A DNA stretch of 64,000 nucleotides from Clostridia bacterium (GTDB lineage: Bacteria; Bacillota; Clostridia; Oscillospirales; CAG-272), in assembly GCA_017625935.1 (NCBI GenBank), contig JAGALA010000054.1, positions 7,655 through 71,654 on the forward strand, read 5' to 3'. Below, piece after piece: positions 43,025-53,087 of the stretch. How positions within the stretch are numbered: the stretch's first letter is position 1; every line of letters begins with the position of its first letter. Under the pieces are notes generated by a model that did no database searches, was not told the origin of the DNA, and saw nothing but the letters and a program-made list of their open reading frames with translations. A program made the position numbers and the translations under genes.

Positions 43025-43729
43025 ATGTTAGAAAAATTAAAAAAAGAAGTATATGAAGCAAATATGATGCTTGTAAAATACAACCTTATCACATTTACTT
43101 GGGGAAACGTTAGCGGAATAGACAGAGAAAGCGGACTTGTGGTTATCAAGCCGTCGGGCGTTGAGTATGACGAATTAACGCCTGATATGCTCCCTGTTAT
43201 CGACCTTGAGGGTAACGTTATTGAGGGCACGCTTAAGCCATCGTCCGATACACCGACTCATTTGGAGCTTTATAAGGCGTATCCCGAAATCGGCGGTGTT
43301 ACTCATACTCATTCACCTTGGGCAACTATCTACGCGCAGGCGGGCAGAGGCATCACTCCTTACGGTACAACTCACGCTGACTATTTCGGCACGACAATTC
43401 CTTGCACAAGAAAAATGACTGAGGCAGAAATTAAGGGTCAGTACGAAAAGGAAACAGGCACGGTGATTTTGGAAGCACTTAAGGAGACGGGCGTTTCACA
43501 AATGCACGCAGCTCTTGTTCATTCTCACGGTCCGTTCACCTGGGGAGATAATGCGAAGGCATCGGTTGAGGCAGCTGTTGTTCTTGAACAGGTTGCAATG
43601 ATGTCCTACAATACCGAGCTTTTGATGCTTGGTGCAAACGGAAAAACAGAAAGAATGCAGGAGGCGCTCCTTCGCAAGCATTACGACAGAAAGCACGGTC
43701 CAAACGCATATTACGGACAAAAGAAATGA
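43025..43729 (+). CDS. araD: L-ribulose-5-phosphate 4-epimerase
   Basis: WGNVSGIDRESGLVVIKPSGV...SSDTPTHLELY...THTHS, class II aldolase fold. Confidence 0.9.
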   Translation: MLEKLKKEVYEANMMLVKYNLITFTWGNVSGIDRESGLVVIKPSGVEYDELTPDMLPVIDLEGNVIEGTLKPSSDTPTHLELYKAYPEIGGVTHTHSPWATIYAQAGRGITPYGTTHADYFGTTIPCTRKMTEAEIKGQYEKETGTVILEALKETGVSQMHAALVHSHGPFTWGDNAKASVEAAVVLEQVAMMSYNTELLMLGANGKTERMQEALLRKHYDRKHGPNAYYGQKK

Positions 43730-43802
43730 TTGAAAAGCGATATAATAGTATCTATATATAAATAAGGAAGAAAAAACATTTTTTCTGAAAATGTACGATT
43801 TG

Positions 43803-43895
43803 TGCAATCATACGAAATTTTGCTTGAAAAAGCGGCAAAAACGACCGAAAACGCTCGAAAAGCCGCCCAAAAAGGCTCGTATGATTGCATTTTTT
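43803..43895. promoter_or_regulatory. 13-bp perfect inverted repeat enclosing five helically phased A-tracts, followed by T6
   Basis: TGCAATCATACGA at 43803-43815 pairs with TCGTATGATTGCA at 43877-43889. A-tracts start at 43827, 43837, 43848, 43858 and 43869. TTTTTT lies at 43890-43895. Confidence 0.6.
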
Positions 43896-43969
43896 CGTCA
43901 TTGTGCACAAAAACAGCGCTGTTTTTTACATTTGACAAAAATAATTTTTTCCAAAAAATCAAAAAAATG

Positions 43970-43998
43970 TTGACAATTCCCTATATATATGATAAAAT
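43970..43998 (+). promoter_or_regulatory. S10-operon sigmaA promoter, TTGACA-17-TGaTAAAAT, with A/T-rich UP-like region
   Basis: -35 at 43970-43975 and -10 at 43993-43998. A- and T-runs span 43935-43968 upstream. Confidence 0.75.
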
Positions 43999-44004
43999 AT
44001 CTAC

Positions 44005-44265
44005 GCTTAGTGCGCGAAGAAGCGAAAGGTTGCTTCAAATGTCCGACTGCTATGGCGTTTGAGGGGAATTTTCGTGGAGTGCATTCGATTCACAAAGCGC
44101 TAAATGCAGCAAAGTGTATCTCCTGTCAGCAAAGGTCTGACGCCACTTGCTTGCATCCTACCGAACCGCTCACGGTTCGGATTTGTTAAGCAGGTGAAGG
44201 AAACACACGGGACGGTGTAAGAGCAAAAAAGTCCCCGTAATATTTCTAATAAGGAGGAAAGCAAC
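44005..44265 (+). promoter_or_regulatory. structured 5' leader of about 260 nt before rpsJ, with an attenuator-like hairpin
   Basis: CCGAACCG-CTCA-CGGTTCGG at 44161-44180, followed by ATTTGTT. No ORF with an RBS lies in the leader. Confidence 0.5.
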
Positions 44266-44577
44266 ATGGCAGTAAATGAAAAGATCAAAGTAAGAATTAA
44301 GGGTTACGACCACAAGCTCGTTGACTCTGCAGCTGAAAAGATCGTTGATGCAGCTAAGAGAAACGGCGCACAGGTATCAGGTCCTATTCCGCTTCCAACC
44401 GAAAAGGAGATTATCACAATTCTCCGTGCGGTTCACAAGTACAAGGACAGCCGTGAGCAGTTCGAACAGCGCACACACAAGAGACTCATTGAAATCGTTA
44501 AGCCATCTAAGAAGGCTCTCGACGCTATCATGACTCTCGAACTTCCTGCAGGCGTTGAGATTGAAGTAAAGCTTTAA
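44266..44577 (+). CDS. rpsJ: 30S ribosomal protein S10
   Basis: [14 protein letters not shown]..., AAGGAGG RBS, first gene of the cluster. Confidence 0.97.
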   Translation: MAVNEKIKVRIKGYDHKLVDSAAEKIVDAAKRNGAQVSGPIPLPTEKEIITILRAVHKYKDSREQFEQRTHKRLIEIVKPSKKALDAIMTLELPAGVEIEVKL

Positions 44578-44733
44578 TCCGCGCAAGCAAACCAGCCAAA
44601 CCCCACCGAGCAGTAGCAGCTTACAGTTACTCACAAGCGTAAGTCTATGATGACGGTACGGTCAAGTTAGCGCGTCGGCGGCTCCGACTAAATCAAAGCG
44701 TTAACCAATAACCATAATATGGAGGAAAGCAAA

Positions 44734-45366
44734 ATGAAAAAGGGAATTATCGGTAAGAAACTCGGTATGACACAGATCTTCGCTGAAAACGGCGCAGTTA
44801 TTCCTGTAACAGTTATCGAGGCCGGTCCTTGTGTGGTTACACAAAAGAAGACCACAGAAACAGATGGATACGACGCTATCCAGGTTGGATACGAGGATGT
44901 ATCCGCAAAGCACGTAAACAAGCCAGCTAAGGGACACTTCGAAAAAGCAGGTGTTCAAGCTAAGAAGCACCTCAAGGAGTTCAGACTTGAGAATGCAGCT
45001 GACTACAACGTAGGCGATGTAATAGCAGCCGATACCTTCGCAGCAGGCGAAAAGGTCGACATTACAGGCATTACAAAGGGCCACGGTTACTCAGGTGCAG
45101 TTAAGAGATGGGGTCACCACATGCTTCAAGCAACTCACGGTACAGGTCCTATCCACCGTCAGGTTGGTTCAATGGGTGCTAACTCAACACCATCAAGAGT
45201 TTTCAAGAACAAGAAGATGGCAGGTCAGTACGGTAACGAGCAAGTTACAATACTTAACCTCGAAGTAGTAAAAGTTGACGCAGAAAAGAACCTTATCGCT
45301 GTTAAGGGCGCAGTTCCAGGCGCTAAGAACAGCATCGTAGTTCTTCGCAACAGCGTAAAAGCATAA
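44734..45366 (+). CDS. rplC: 50S ribosomal protein L3
   Basis: [21 protein letters not shown] at 44721-44725. The 44719 start is an upstream in-frame ATG that overlaps the RBS. Confidence 0.97.
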   Translation: MKKGIIGKKLGMTQIFAENGAVIPVTVIEAGPCVVTQKKTTETDGYDAIQVGYEDVSAKHVNKPAKGHFEKAGVQAKKHLKEFRLENAADYNVGDVIAADTFAAGEKVDITGITKGHGYSGAVKRWGHHMLQATHGTGPIHRQVGSMGANSTPSRVFKNKKMAGQYGNEQVTILNLEVVKVDAEKNLIAVKGAVPGAKNSIVVLRNSVKA

Positions 45367-45384
45367 TCAAAGGAGGAATAAACA

Positions 45385-46008
45385 ATGCCAAGTATTAAAG
45401 TTGTAAATATGACTGGCGCAGAGGTTGGAGAAATCGCATTATCCGACGTAATCTTCGGCGCAGAAGTTAACGAGGCTGTCCTCCATGCTGCAGTGAGAAC
45501 ATACCTTCTCAACCAAAGACAGGGTACACAGTCAACACTTACAAGAAGTGAGGTTTCAGGTGGCGGTAAAAAGCCATGGAGACAAAAGGGAACAGGTAGA
45601 GCAAGACAAGGCTCAACACGTTCACCACAATGGACACACGGCGGTATCGCACTCGGTCCAAAGCCACGTTCATATACAAAGAAGCTTAATAAGAAGGTTA
45701 AGCAAATCGCTATGTTCAGCGCACTCAGCGCTAAGGTAGCAAACAACGAAATGGTAGTTGTAGATGCAATTGTAGCAGAGAGCTACAAGACAAAGGTAAT
45801 GGCAAGCATGCTTTCAGCAATCGGCTGCGGCAAAAAGGCACTCGTTGTTCTTGATGCTAAGAACGATATGGTTGTTAAGTCACTTGCAAACATTCCTGGC
45901 GTTAAGGTTGCTTACACAAACACACTTAACGTTTACGACATCCTCAACTGCAACACAATAGTATTTGCACAAGCTGCAGTACAGAAATTAGAGGAGGTAT
46001 ATGCGTAA
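45385..46008 (+). CDS. rplD: 50S ribosomal protein L4
   Basis: GGGKKPWRQKGTGRARQGS block. Confidence 0.97.
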   Translation: MPSIKVVNMTGAEVGEIALSDVIFGAEVNEAVLHAAVRTYLLNQRQGTQSTLTRSEVSGGGKKPWRQKGTGRARQGSTRSPQWTHGGIALGPKPRSYTKKLNKKVKQIAMFSALSAKVANNEMVVVDAIVAESYKTKVMASMLSAIGCGKKALVVLDAKNDMVVKSLANIPGVKVAYTNTLNVYDILNCNTIVFAQAAVQKLEEVYA

Positions 46009-46301
46009 TGAAATTCGCTCAGGATATAATCCTCAAACCAATAATCACTGAAAAATCTATGGATGGTATCACAAGCAAGAGATACACATTCAAGGTTGCA
46101 ACTGACGCAACAAAGCCGGAAATCGCTAAGGCGGTTGAAGAGCTTTTCGGCGTTGAGGTTGCAAAGGTTAATACAATTAATATGAAGAAAAAGCCAAAGA
46201 GACTTGGATACCACTTCGGTTATACATCCGAATGGAAGAAAGCTATCGTAACACTTACAGCTTCTTCAAAGGAAATCGAGTTCTTCAACGGCTTGAACTA
46301 A
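46008..46301 (+). CDS. rplW: 50S ribosomal protein L23
   Basis: IILKPIITEKS... in the conserved position. Confidence 0.96.
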   Translation: MKFAQDIILKPIITEKSMDGITSKRYTFKVATDATKPEIAKAVEELFGVEVAKVNTINMKKKPKRLGYHFGYTSEWKKAIVTLTASSKEIEFFNGLN

Positions 46302-46319
46302 TGTGGGAGGTAAGCTAAA

Positions 46320-47147
46320 ATGGCAACAATGAAATATAAGCCCACGACACCGTCAAGAAGAAATATGTCAGTTGCTTCCTTTGACGAGGTTACAAAGTTC
46401 ACACCTGAAAAGAGCTTAATCGAAACAAAGAAGAAGCACGCAGGTCGTAACAGCTACGGCAAGATCACAGTTCGTCATCACGGTGGCGGAAACAAGCAAA
46501 AGTACAGACTTATCGACTTCAAGAGAGAAGAGGGTAAGGCAACTGTTATCGGTATCGAGTACGACCCTAACAGAACATCCTACATCGCACTTCTCCAAAA
46601 TGAAGAAGGCAAGAAGAGCTATGTAATCGCTCCTCTCGGCGTAACAGACGGCGACGTTCTTTACTCCGGTGCGGATGCAGATATCAAGCCGGGTAACACA
46701 CTTCCTATCGAAAACATCCCGGTAGGTACAATTATCCACAATATCGAGCTTTACCCCGGTAAGGGCGGTCAGCTCGCTCGTACAGCAGGTGCACAAGCAC
46801 AGCTTATGGCTAAGGAAAACGGCATGGCACAGGTTCGTCTCCCATCAGGTGAGGTTAGACTTGTTCGTCTTGACTGCAAGGCTACAATCGGTCAGATCGG
46901 TAACATCGAGCATGATACCATTAAGATCGGTAAGGCTGGTAAGACACGTCATATGGGTATCCGTCCAACAGTTCGCGGTTCTGTAATGAACCCATGCGAT
47001 CACCCTCACGGTGGTGGTGAAGGTAAGTCACCGGTTGGTCGTCCGGGCCCTGTTACTCCTTGGGGTAAACCTGCACTTGGTTACAAGACCAGAAACAAGA
47101 AGGCAAGAACCAACAAATACATCGTTAAGAGAAGAAACGGTAGATAA
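46320..47147 (+). CDS. rplB: 50S ribosomal protein L2
   Basis: [16 protein letters not shown]...HPHGGGEGK. Confidence 0.98.
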   Translation: MATMKYKPTTPSRRNMSVASFDEVTKFTPEKSLIETKKKHAGRNSYGKITVRHHGGGNKQKYRLIDFKREEGKATVIGIEYDPNRTSYIALLQNEEGKKSYVIAPLGVTDGDVLYSGADADIKPGNTLPIENIPVGTIIHNIELYPGKGGQLARTAGAQAQLMAKENGMAQVRLPSGEVRLVRLDCKATIGQIGNIEHDTIKIGKAGKTRHMGIRPTVRGSVMNPCDHPHGGGEGKSPVGRPGPVTPWGKPALGYKTRNKKARTNKYIVKRRNGR

Positions 47148-47161
47148 GGGAGGAAGACAAA

Positions 47162-47443
47162 ATGAGCAGAAGTTCGAAAAAGATGCCTTATGTAGAAGAA
47201 AAGCTCTTCACACGTGTAGAAGCTATGAACGCAAAAGGCGAAAAGAAAGTTTTGAAGACCTGGTCACGTTCTTCAACAATTTTCCCAGAGTTTGTTGGAC
47301 ACACAATTGCTGTTCACGACGGTAGAAAGCATGTTCCGGTATATGTAACCGAAGATATGGTAGGCCACAAGCTCGGTGAGTTTGCGCTTACAAGAACATT
47401 CAAGGGTCACGCAGGATCAAAAACATCTAATAACGGTAAATAA
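47162..47443 (+). CDS. rpsS: 30S ribosomal protein S19
   Basis: [30 protein letters not shown]. Confidence 0.98.
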   Translation: MSRSSKKMPYVEEKLFTRVEAMNAKGEKKVLKTWSRSSTIFPEFVGHTIAVHDGRKHVPVYVTEDMVGHKLGEFALTRTFKGHAGSKTSNNGK

Positions 47444-47460
47444 TAGGAGGCTAACATCTA

Positions 47461-47799
47461 ATGGAAGCAAAAGCATACCTTTATGATGTTCGCATCGCTC
47501 CTCGCAAAGTTCAAATCGTTCTTGACCTCGTTCGTGGCAAGGATGTAGAAATGGCGGCAGCTATTCTTAAGAACACACCAAAAAGAGGTGCTGAGATTCT
47601 TGAGAAGGTTCTCGCAAGTGCAGTAGCGAATGCTGAAAACAATCATAACATGGACAAATCAAAACTTTATGTTTCAAAGTGCTTTGTAACACCAGGCAGC
47701 CATATGCTCAAGAGAGTAATGCCAAGAGGTAAGGGAAGCGCTAACAGAATATTAAAAAGAACAAGCCACATCACAGTAGCTGTGGCAGAGAAAGAGTAA
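47461..47799 (+). CDS. rplV: 50S ribosomal protein L22
   Basis: [17 protein letters not shown]. Confidence 0.97.
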   Translation: MEAKAYLYDVRIAPRKVQIVLDLVRGKDVEMAAAILKNTPKRGAEILEKVLASAVANAENNHNMDKSKLYVSKCFVTPGSHMLKRVMPRGKGSANRILKRTSHITVAVAEKE

Positions 47800-47812
47800 A
47801 GGAGAGTCGACT

Positions 47813-48577
47813 ATGGGACAGAAAGTAAATCCTCATGGATTGCGCGTTGGCGTAATTAAGAATTGGGATTCAAGATGGTACGCTTCTGACGAAAAGTTCG
47901 GCGATATCCTTGTATCTGACTATAACTTGAGAGAGCATCTCAAGAACAAGCTTTTATCAGCTGGTATTTCAAAGATCGAAATCGAAAGAGACGCTAAGGA
48001 AACCGTAAAGGTATTCATTCACTGCGCAAAGCCGGGTATGATTATCGGTAAGGGCGGCTCTGAAATCGACAAGATCAGAGAAGACGTTGAAAAGCAAACA
48101 GGCAAAAAGGCCGTTGTAAATGTTGTTGAGGTTAAACCTGTTGACCTCGACGCTCAGCTCGTTGCAGAGAGCATCTGCAGCCAGCTCGAAAGACGTATCG
48201 CATTCCGCCGTGCAATGAAGCAAGCAATCGGCAGAACAATGCGTCTCGGCGCTAAGGGTATCAAGATCGCTTGTAGCGGTCGTCTCGCAGGCGCTGAAAT
48301 CGCTCGTACAGAGCACTACCACGAGGGTACAATTCCGCTTCAAACAATCAGAGCCGACATCGACTACGGTTTTTGGGAAGCAAATACAACATACGGTAAG
48401 ATAGGCGTTAAGGTTTGGATCTACAAGGGCGAAATCCTTTCTGAGGTTAACAAGACCACTGAGGAAAAGAAGGATAGACCAAGAAGAAGATTCAACAGAG
48501 ACGCTAAGGATGGCCGTAACAACAATGCACGCAGAGCACCACGTGCTCCTAAGAATACCGAAGGAGGCGAGCACTAA
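47813..48577 (+). CDS. rpsC: 30S ribosomal protein S3 (basic C-terminal extension of about 40 aa)
   Basis: [13 protein letters not shown]... with a KH domain and a tail [26 protein letters not shown]. Confidence 0.97.
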   Translation: MGQKVNPHGLRVGVIKNWDSRWYASDEKFGDILVSDYNLREHLKNKLLSAGISKIEIERDAKETVKVFIHCAKPGMIIGKGGSEIDKIREDVEKQTGKKAVVNVVEVKPVDLDAQLVAESICSQLERRIAFRRAMKQAIGRTMRLGAKGIKIACSGRLAGAEIARTEHYHEGTIPLQTIRADIDYGFWEANTTYGKIGVKVWIYKGEILSEVNKTTEEKKDRPRRRFNRDAKDGRNNNARRAPRAPKNTEGGEH

Positions 48578-49005
48578 TGTTAATGCCAAAGAGAGTTAAA
48601 TACAGACGTGTACAAAGAGGCCGCCTTAAGGGTAAAGCTTTACGCGGAAACACGGTTACAAACGGTCAATACGGTCTCGTTGCTTGCGAGCCAGCATGGA
48701 TCACTGCTAACCAAATTGAAGCAGCACGTATTGCTATGACAAGATATATTCGTCGTGGCGGTCAGGTTTGGATTAAGATATTCCCTGACAAACCAATCAC
48801 AGAAAAGCCAGCCGAAACTCGTATGGGTTCAGGTAAAGGTTCACCTGAGTATTGGGTAGCCGTTGTTAAGCCGGGCAGAGTATTGTTCGAGATGGACGGC
48901 GTTTCCGAGGAAATTGCAAGAGAGGCTATGCGTCTCGCTATGCACAAGCTCCCTATCAAATGTAAGTTTGTAGCTAAGGAGCAAAACGAGGCAGAGGAGG
49001 AATAA
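48577..49005 (+). CDS. rplP: 50S ribosomal protein L16
   Basis: [19 protein letters not shown]. Confidence 0.97.
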   Translation: MLMPKRVKYRRVQRGRLKGKALRGNTVTNGQYGLVACEPAWITANQIEAARIAMTRYIRRGGQVWIKIFPDKPITEKPAETRMGSGKGSPEYWVAVVKPGRVLFEMDGVSEEIAREAMRLAMHKLPIKCKFVAKEQNEAEEE

Positions 49006-49009
49006 GGCT

Positions 49010-49198
49010 GTGAAAACAACTGAAATTAGAAATTTGAGTGTAGCTGAGCTTGAAAAGAAACTTAAAGAACTCAAAGAAGAACTCTTTAATCTTCGTTTCC
49101 AACACGCAATTAACCAGCTTGAAAATCCTCACAAGATAGCTGATGTTAAGAAGGACATCGCTCGCGTAAAAACCATTCTCAACGAGAAGAATGCGTAA
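49010..49198 (+). CDS. rpmC: 50S ribosomal protein L29
   Basis: GTG start. [14 protein letters not shown]. Confidence 0.93.
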   Translation: MKTTEIRNLSVAELEKKLKELKEELFNLRFQHAINQLENPHKIADVKKDIARVKTILNEKNA

Positions 49199-49214
49199 TG
49201 GAGGAAAATGAGTT

Positions 49215-49475
49215 ATGACAGAAACACGTAACCTCAGAAAGACAAGAGTTGGTATTGTTGTTAGCAACAAGATGGACAAGACAATTGTTGTTGCTGTAAG
49301 AGATAACGTAAAGCATCCTGTTTACAGCAAGATCATCAAGAGAACAACAAAGATTCACGCTCATGACGAAAACAACGAGTGCTCAATCGGCGACATCGTT
49401 GAAGTAATGGAAACAAGACCTCTCTCAAAGACAAAGAGATGGAGACTTGTTCAAATCATTGAAAAAGTAAAATAA
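49215..49475 (+). CDS. rpsQ: 30S ribosomal protein S17
   Basis: [19 protein letters not shown]...[11 protein letters not shown]. Confidence 0.96.
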   Translation: MTETRNLRKTRVGIVVSNKMDKTIVVAVRDNVKHPVYSKIIKRTTKIHAHDENNECSIGDIVEVMETRPLSKTKRWRLVQIIEKVK

Positions 49476-49553
49476 TCTAATCCTTTATGAGGGTACATTA
49501 GTAAAATAGAATGTGCCGAAGTTTAGGGAAACCTTATTAGGAGGATAAAGAAA

Positions 49554-49922
49554 GTGATTCAGCAAGAAAGCAGAATGAAGGTTGCCGATAACACAGGCGC
49601 TAAGGAGCTTCTTTGCATCAGAGTACTCGGCGGTACCGGTAGAAGATATGCTAACATCGGTGACGTTGTAGTTTGCTCTGTTAAAAAGGCAGCACCGGGC
49701 GGCATTGTTAAGAAGGGCGACGTTGTAAAGGCTGTAATCGTAAGAAGCGCAAAGGGCGTACGTCGTGCAGACGGTTCTTACATTAAGTTCGATGAGAACG
49801 CAGCTGTTATTATTAAAGAAGATAAAACACCAAGAGGAACACGTATCTTTGGCCCGGTGGCTAGAGAGCTTCGTGAAAAGGAATACACAAAGATTCTTTC
49901 TCTTGCACCGGAAGTACTTTAA
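49554..49922 (+). CDS. rplN: 50S ribosomal protein L14
   Basis: GTG start. [18 protein letters not shown]. Confidence 0.97.
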   Translation: MIQQESRMKVADNTGAKELLCIRVLGGTGRRYANIGDVVVCSVKKAAPGGIVKKGDVVKAVIVRSAKGVRRADGSYIKFDENAAVIIKEDKTPRGTRIFGPVARELREKEYTKILSLAPEVL

Positions 49923-49938
49923 TTGGAGGTAAATGATA

Positions 49939-50268
49939 ATGAAGAAAATGCACGTAAGACGTGACGACACAGTTATCGTTATCTCAGGTGACGATAAGGG
50001 TGTTAAGGGTAAGGTAATCGCTGTTAGCCCTGAAGAAGGCAAGGTTATCGTTGAGGGAGCAAACATTGTTTCCAAGCACCAAAAGCCAAGAAGACAAGGC
50101 GAAACAGGCGGTATTCTCAAGGTAGAAGGCGCTATGTACGCATCAAAGGTACAATTAGTATGCCAAAACTCAAAGTGCGACAAGTACAACAAGGGCACAA
50201 GAGTTAAGCACGCCGTTATTGACGGCAAAAAGGTTCGCGTTTGCGCAAAATGCGGCAAAGAGCTTTAA
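49939..50268 (+). CDS. rplX: 50S ribosomal protein L24 (Cys4 variant)
   Basis: MHVRRDDTVIVISGDDKG KOW motif. The ATG at 49939 lies 9 nt after GGAGG at 49925-49929. The C-terminus carries CQNSKC...CAKC. Confidence 0.95.
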   Translation: MKKMHVRRDDTVIVISGDDKGVKGKVIAVSPEEGKVIVEGANIVSKHQKPRRQGETGGILKVEGAMYASKVQLVCQNSKCDKYNKGTRVKHAVIDGKKVRVCAKCGKEL

Positions 50269-50284
50269 TGGGAGGTAACTGATA

Positions 50285-50824
50285 ATGTCAAGAATGAAAG
50301 ATTTATACAATAATGAAGTTGCTCCTGCTCTTATGGCTAAGTTCGCATACAAGAGCTCAATGCAAATTCCTCGCTTCAACAAGATTGTTATCAACGTTGG
50401 CGCAGGTGATGCAAAAGACAACGCAAAGGTAATCGATAAGATTATTGAAGAAATTTCACTCATCGCAGGTCAAAAGGCAGTTCCGACATACGCAAGAAAG
50501 AGCGTTGCTAACTTTAAGCTCCGTGAGGGCGTAAAGATTGGTGCAAAGGTTACACTCCGTGGCGAGAGAATGTACGAATTTATGGACAGACTCTTCACAT
50601 TTGCACTTCCAAGAGTACGTGACTTCAAGGGTATCAACGGAAACGGCTTTGACGGACGCGGTAACTACTCAATGGGTCTTAAGGAACAGCTCATATTCCC
50701 TGAAATCGAATATGATAAGGTTGACAAGATCCGCGGTATGGATATCACATTCGTTACAACTGCTACAACAGATGAAGAAGCAAAAGAGCTCCTCACACTT
50801 ATGGGCGCTCCATTTGCGAAATAA
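50285..50824 (+). CDS. rplE: 50S ribosomal protein L5
   Basis: LKDLYNNEV-type N-terminus. [20 protein letters not shown]. Confidence 0.97.
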   Translation: MSRMKDLYNNEVAPALMAKFAYKSSMQIPRFNKIVINVGAGDAKDNAKVIDKIIEEISLIAGQKAVPTYARKSVANFKLREGVKIGAKVTLRGERMYEFMDRLFTFALPRVRDFKGINGNGFDGRGNYSMGLKEQLIFPEIEYDKVDKIRGMDITFVTTATTDEEAKELLTLMGAPFAK

Positions 50825-50842
50825 TTAGGAGGTTGACTGAAG

Positions 50843-51028
50843 ATGGCTAAGAAAGCTATGGTGCTTAAACAGCAAAAAACACAAAAGTATTCTACAAGAG
50901 AATACAACCGTTGCAAAATCTGCGGCAGACCTCACGGTTATCTCCGTAAGTACGGCGTTTGCCGTATCTGCTTCCGCGAGCTCGCTTATGCCGGTGAAAT
51001 CCCAGGCGTAAGAAAGGCAAGCTGGTAA
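50843..51028 (+). CDS. rpsN: 30S ribosomal protein S14, type Z (zinc form)
   Basis: 61 aa, [10 protein letters not shown]...CRICFRE. Confidence 0.96.
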   Translation: MAKKAMVLKQQKTQKYSTREYNRCKICGRPHGYLRKYGVCRICFRELAYAGEIPGVRKASW

Positions 51029-51166
51029 TTTAAAATAAAAATAACGAATACAAAGAGTATTCACTCCAATCTAACCGAAAGGAAACGTAAGTTTAACCAT
51101 CGGTAAGCGGCCGACTTTAAGTCGGCAGCAAAGCTTGGTGCCTTGCATAATTAGGAGGAAAATAAA

Positions 51167-51562
51167 ATGCAAATTTCAGACGTAATTGCAGATATGCTTA
51201 CAAGAATCAGAAATGCAAGCAATGCAAAACACGAAACAGTTGATGTTCCTGCTTCAAATATGAAGAAGGCAATCGCTGACATCCTTCTCGAAGAGGGATA
51301 CATTAAAGCAGTTTCCGTTATCGAAGACGGCAAACAGGGCGTAATCAGAATCACACTTAAGTATGATGGAAAAGCAAAGGTTATTCACGGTATTAAGAGA
51401 GTTTCTAAGCCGGGTCTTAGAATTTACTCAAACTGTGAGGATATGCCAAAGGTTATGAACGGCCTCGGCATTGCTATTGTTTCCACATCAAAGGGAATTA
51501 TGACAGACAAAACAGCAAGACGTGAAAACGTTGGCGGCGAAGTTCTCGCATTTGTTTGGTAA
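51167..51562 (+). CDS. rpsH: 30S ribosomal protein S8
   Basis: [13 protein letters not shown]. Confidence 0.97.
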   Translation: MQISDVIADMLTRIRNASNAKHETVDVPASNMKKAIADILLEEGYIKAVSVIEDGKQGVIRITLKYDGKAKVIHGIKRVSKPGLRIYSNCEDMPKVMNGLGIAIVSTSKGIMTDKTARRENVGGEVLAFVW

Positions 51563-51579
51563 TACGGGAGGTAACGAAT

Positions 51580-52122
51580 ATGTCAAGAATAGGAAGAGCT
51601 CCAATAAATGTTCCTGCAGGCGTTACTGTAACAATCGATGCTGAAAACAGCGTTATTACCGTAAAGGGCCCAAAGGGTGAGCTTACACAAAAATATCACG
51701 CAAGAATGAATGTTGCTTGCGAAAACAACGTAATTTCCGTTACTCGTCCAAGCGACGATAAGGAAGACCGCGCACTTCACGGTCTTACAAGAACTCTTAT
51801 CTACAATATGGTTGTAGGTGTAACTGAGGGCTATTCAAAGAAGCTCGAGGTTAACGGTGTTGGTTACAGAGTTGCAATGCAGGGCAAAGCACTCAACTTA
51901 ACACTCGGCTATTCACACCCGGTTGTTGTTGACGCACCTGAGGGAATCACATTTGAAACTCCCGATGCAAACACAATCATCATTAAGGGTATCAACAAGC
52001 AGGTTGTTGGTGAAACAGCAGCTTATGTTCGTTCAAGAAGAGCTCCTGAACCATACAAGGGCAAGGGTATTAAGTACGAAGGCGAAAAGATTCGCCGTAA
52101 ATCCGGTAAGACCGGCAAATAA
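51580..52122 (+). CDS. rplF: 50S ribosomal protein L6
   Basis: [24 protein letters not shown] at 51566-51571. Confidence 0.97.
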   Translation: MSRIGRAPINVPAGVTVTIDAENSVITVKGPKGELTQKYHARMNVACENNVISVTRPSDDKEDRALHGLTRTLIYNMVVGVTEGYSKKLEVNGVGYRVAMQGKALNLTLGYSHPVVVDAPEGITFETPDANTIIIKGINKQVVGETAAYVRSRRAPEPYKGKGIKYEGEKIRRKSGKTGK

Positions 52123-52140
52123 TGAAAGGAGAGGAAAAAG

Positions 52141-52500
52141 ATGGTATCAAGAAAAGATAGCAACGTACAAAGACTTAAGAGACACGCAAGAGTTCGCGGT
52201 AAGATTTCCGGAACAGCTGATCGTCCACGTCTTTGCGTATATCGCTCAAACAAGAACATTTCTTGCCAAATCATTGATGACGTGGCAGGCGTAACCCTCG
52301 TTTCCGCTTCTACAATGGAGGCCGGATTTGAAGGTATCGGCAGCAACAAGGAGGCAGCTAAGAAGGTTGGTCTCATGATTGCTGAGAAAGCACTCGCAAA
52401 GGGAATCGACACAGTTGTATTTGACCGTGGCGGTTATGTATATCACGGACGTGTATCAGAGCTTGCAGAAGGCGCAAGAGAAGGCGGCTTGAAGTTCTAA
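52141..52500 (+). CDS. rplR: 50S ribosomal protein L18
   Basis: [27 protein letters not shown]. Confidence 0.97.
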   Translation: MVSRKDSNVQRLKRHARVRGKISGTADRPRLCVYRSNKNISCQIIDDVAGVTLVSASTMEAGFEGIGSNKEAAKKVGLMIAEKALAKGIDTVVFDRGGYVYHGRVSELAEGAREGGLKF

Positions 52501-52570
52501 TTGAACTTTTCGCAAGAATTCTGGTTTGTACACTGTTTAAGTTAATTAAACAAATAGAGGAGAAATTAAA

Positions 52571-53074
52571 ATGTCTACAAAAATTGACGCAGCTACTCTT
52601 GATCTTCAAGAGAAAATGGTTGCACTCAACCGTGTATCAAAGACAGTAAAGGGTGGTCGTATCGCTCGTTTCACAGCTCTTATGGTTGTTGGCGACGGTA
52701 ACGGACACGTTGGTTACGGTCTTGGTAAGGCAGCCGAGGTTCCCGACGCAATCCGTAAGGGTATTGAGGATGCTAAAAAGAATATGATCGAGGTATCACT
52801 TAAGGATACAACAATTCCTCACGAGGTTATCGGTAAGTTTGGTGCAGGTACTGTACTTCTTAAGCCGGCTTCACTCGGTACAGGAATTATCGCAGGCCAA
52901 ACAGTTCGTGCTGTTCTTGAGCTTGCAGGAATTAAAAACATCAGAGCTAAGAGCCTCCGTTCAAACAACAAGACAAACGTTGTTAAGGCAACATTTGAAG
53001 GTTTGAAGCAGCTCCGTAGCGTTGAAGAAGTTGCTAAGACTCGTGGCATCGCCGCTGAGAAGGTTTTAGGTTAA
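52571..53074 (+). CDS. rpsE: 30S ribosomal protein S5
   Basis: [34 protein letters not shown]. Confidence 0.97.
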   Translation: MSTKIDAATLDLQEKMVALNRVSKTVKGGRIARFTALMVVGDGNGHVGYGLGKAAEVPDAIRKGIEDAKKNMIEVSLKDTTIPHEVIGKFGAGTVLLKPASLGTGIIAGQTVRAVLELAGIKNIRAKSLRSNNKTNVVKATFEGLKQLRSVEEVAKTRGIAAEKVLG

Positions 53075-53087
53075 GGAGGTCTATAAG

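Noticed and set aside
43791-44062. ORFs 43791-43973, 43802-44062 and 43711-43962 (minus strand) in the araD / rpsJ intergenic region
   Set aside because: They have no RBS and a Lys-rich low-complexity translation caused by the A-tracts. The region is better explained as regulatory or structural DNA and the S10 leader.
45225-45746. 173-aa minus-strand ORF (also 44701-45084)
   Set aside because: Shadow ORFs antisense to rplC and rplD.
47969-48589. 206-aa minus-strand ORF
   Set aside because: Shadow ORF antisense to rpsC.
49485-50258. 257-aa ORF on the minus strand
   Set aside because: It is entirely antisense to rplN-rplX. It has no RBS and a Leu/Ser/Cys-rich shadow-frame composition, and the plus-strand genes are unambiguous.
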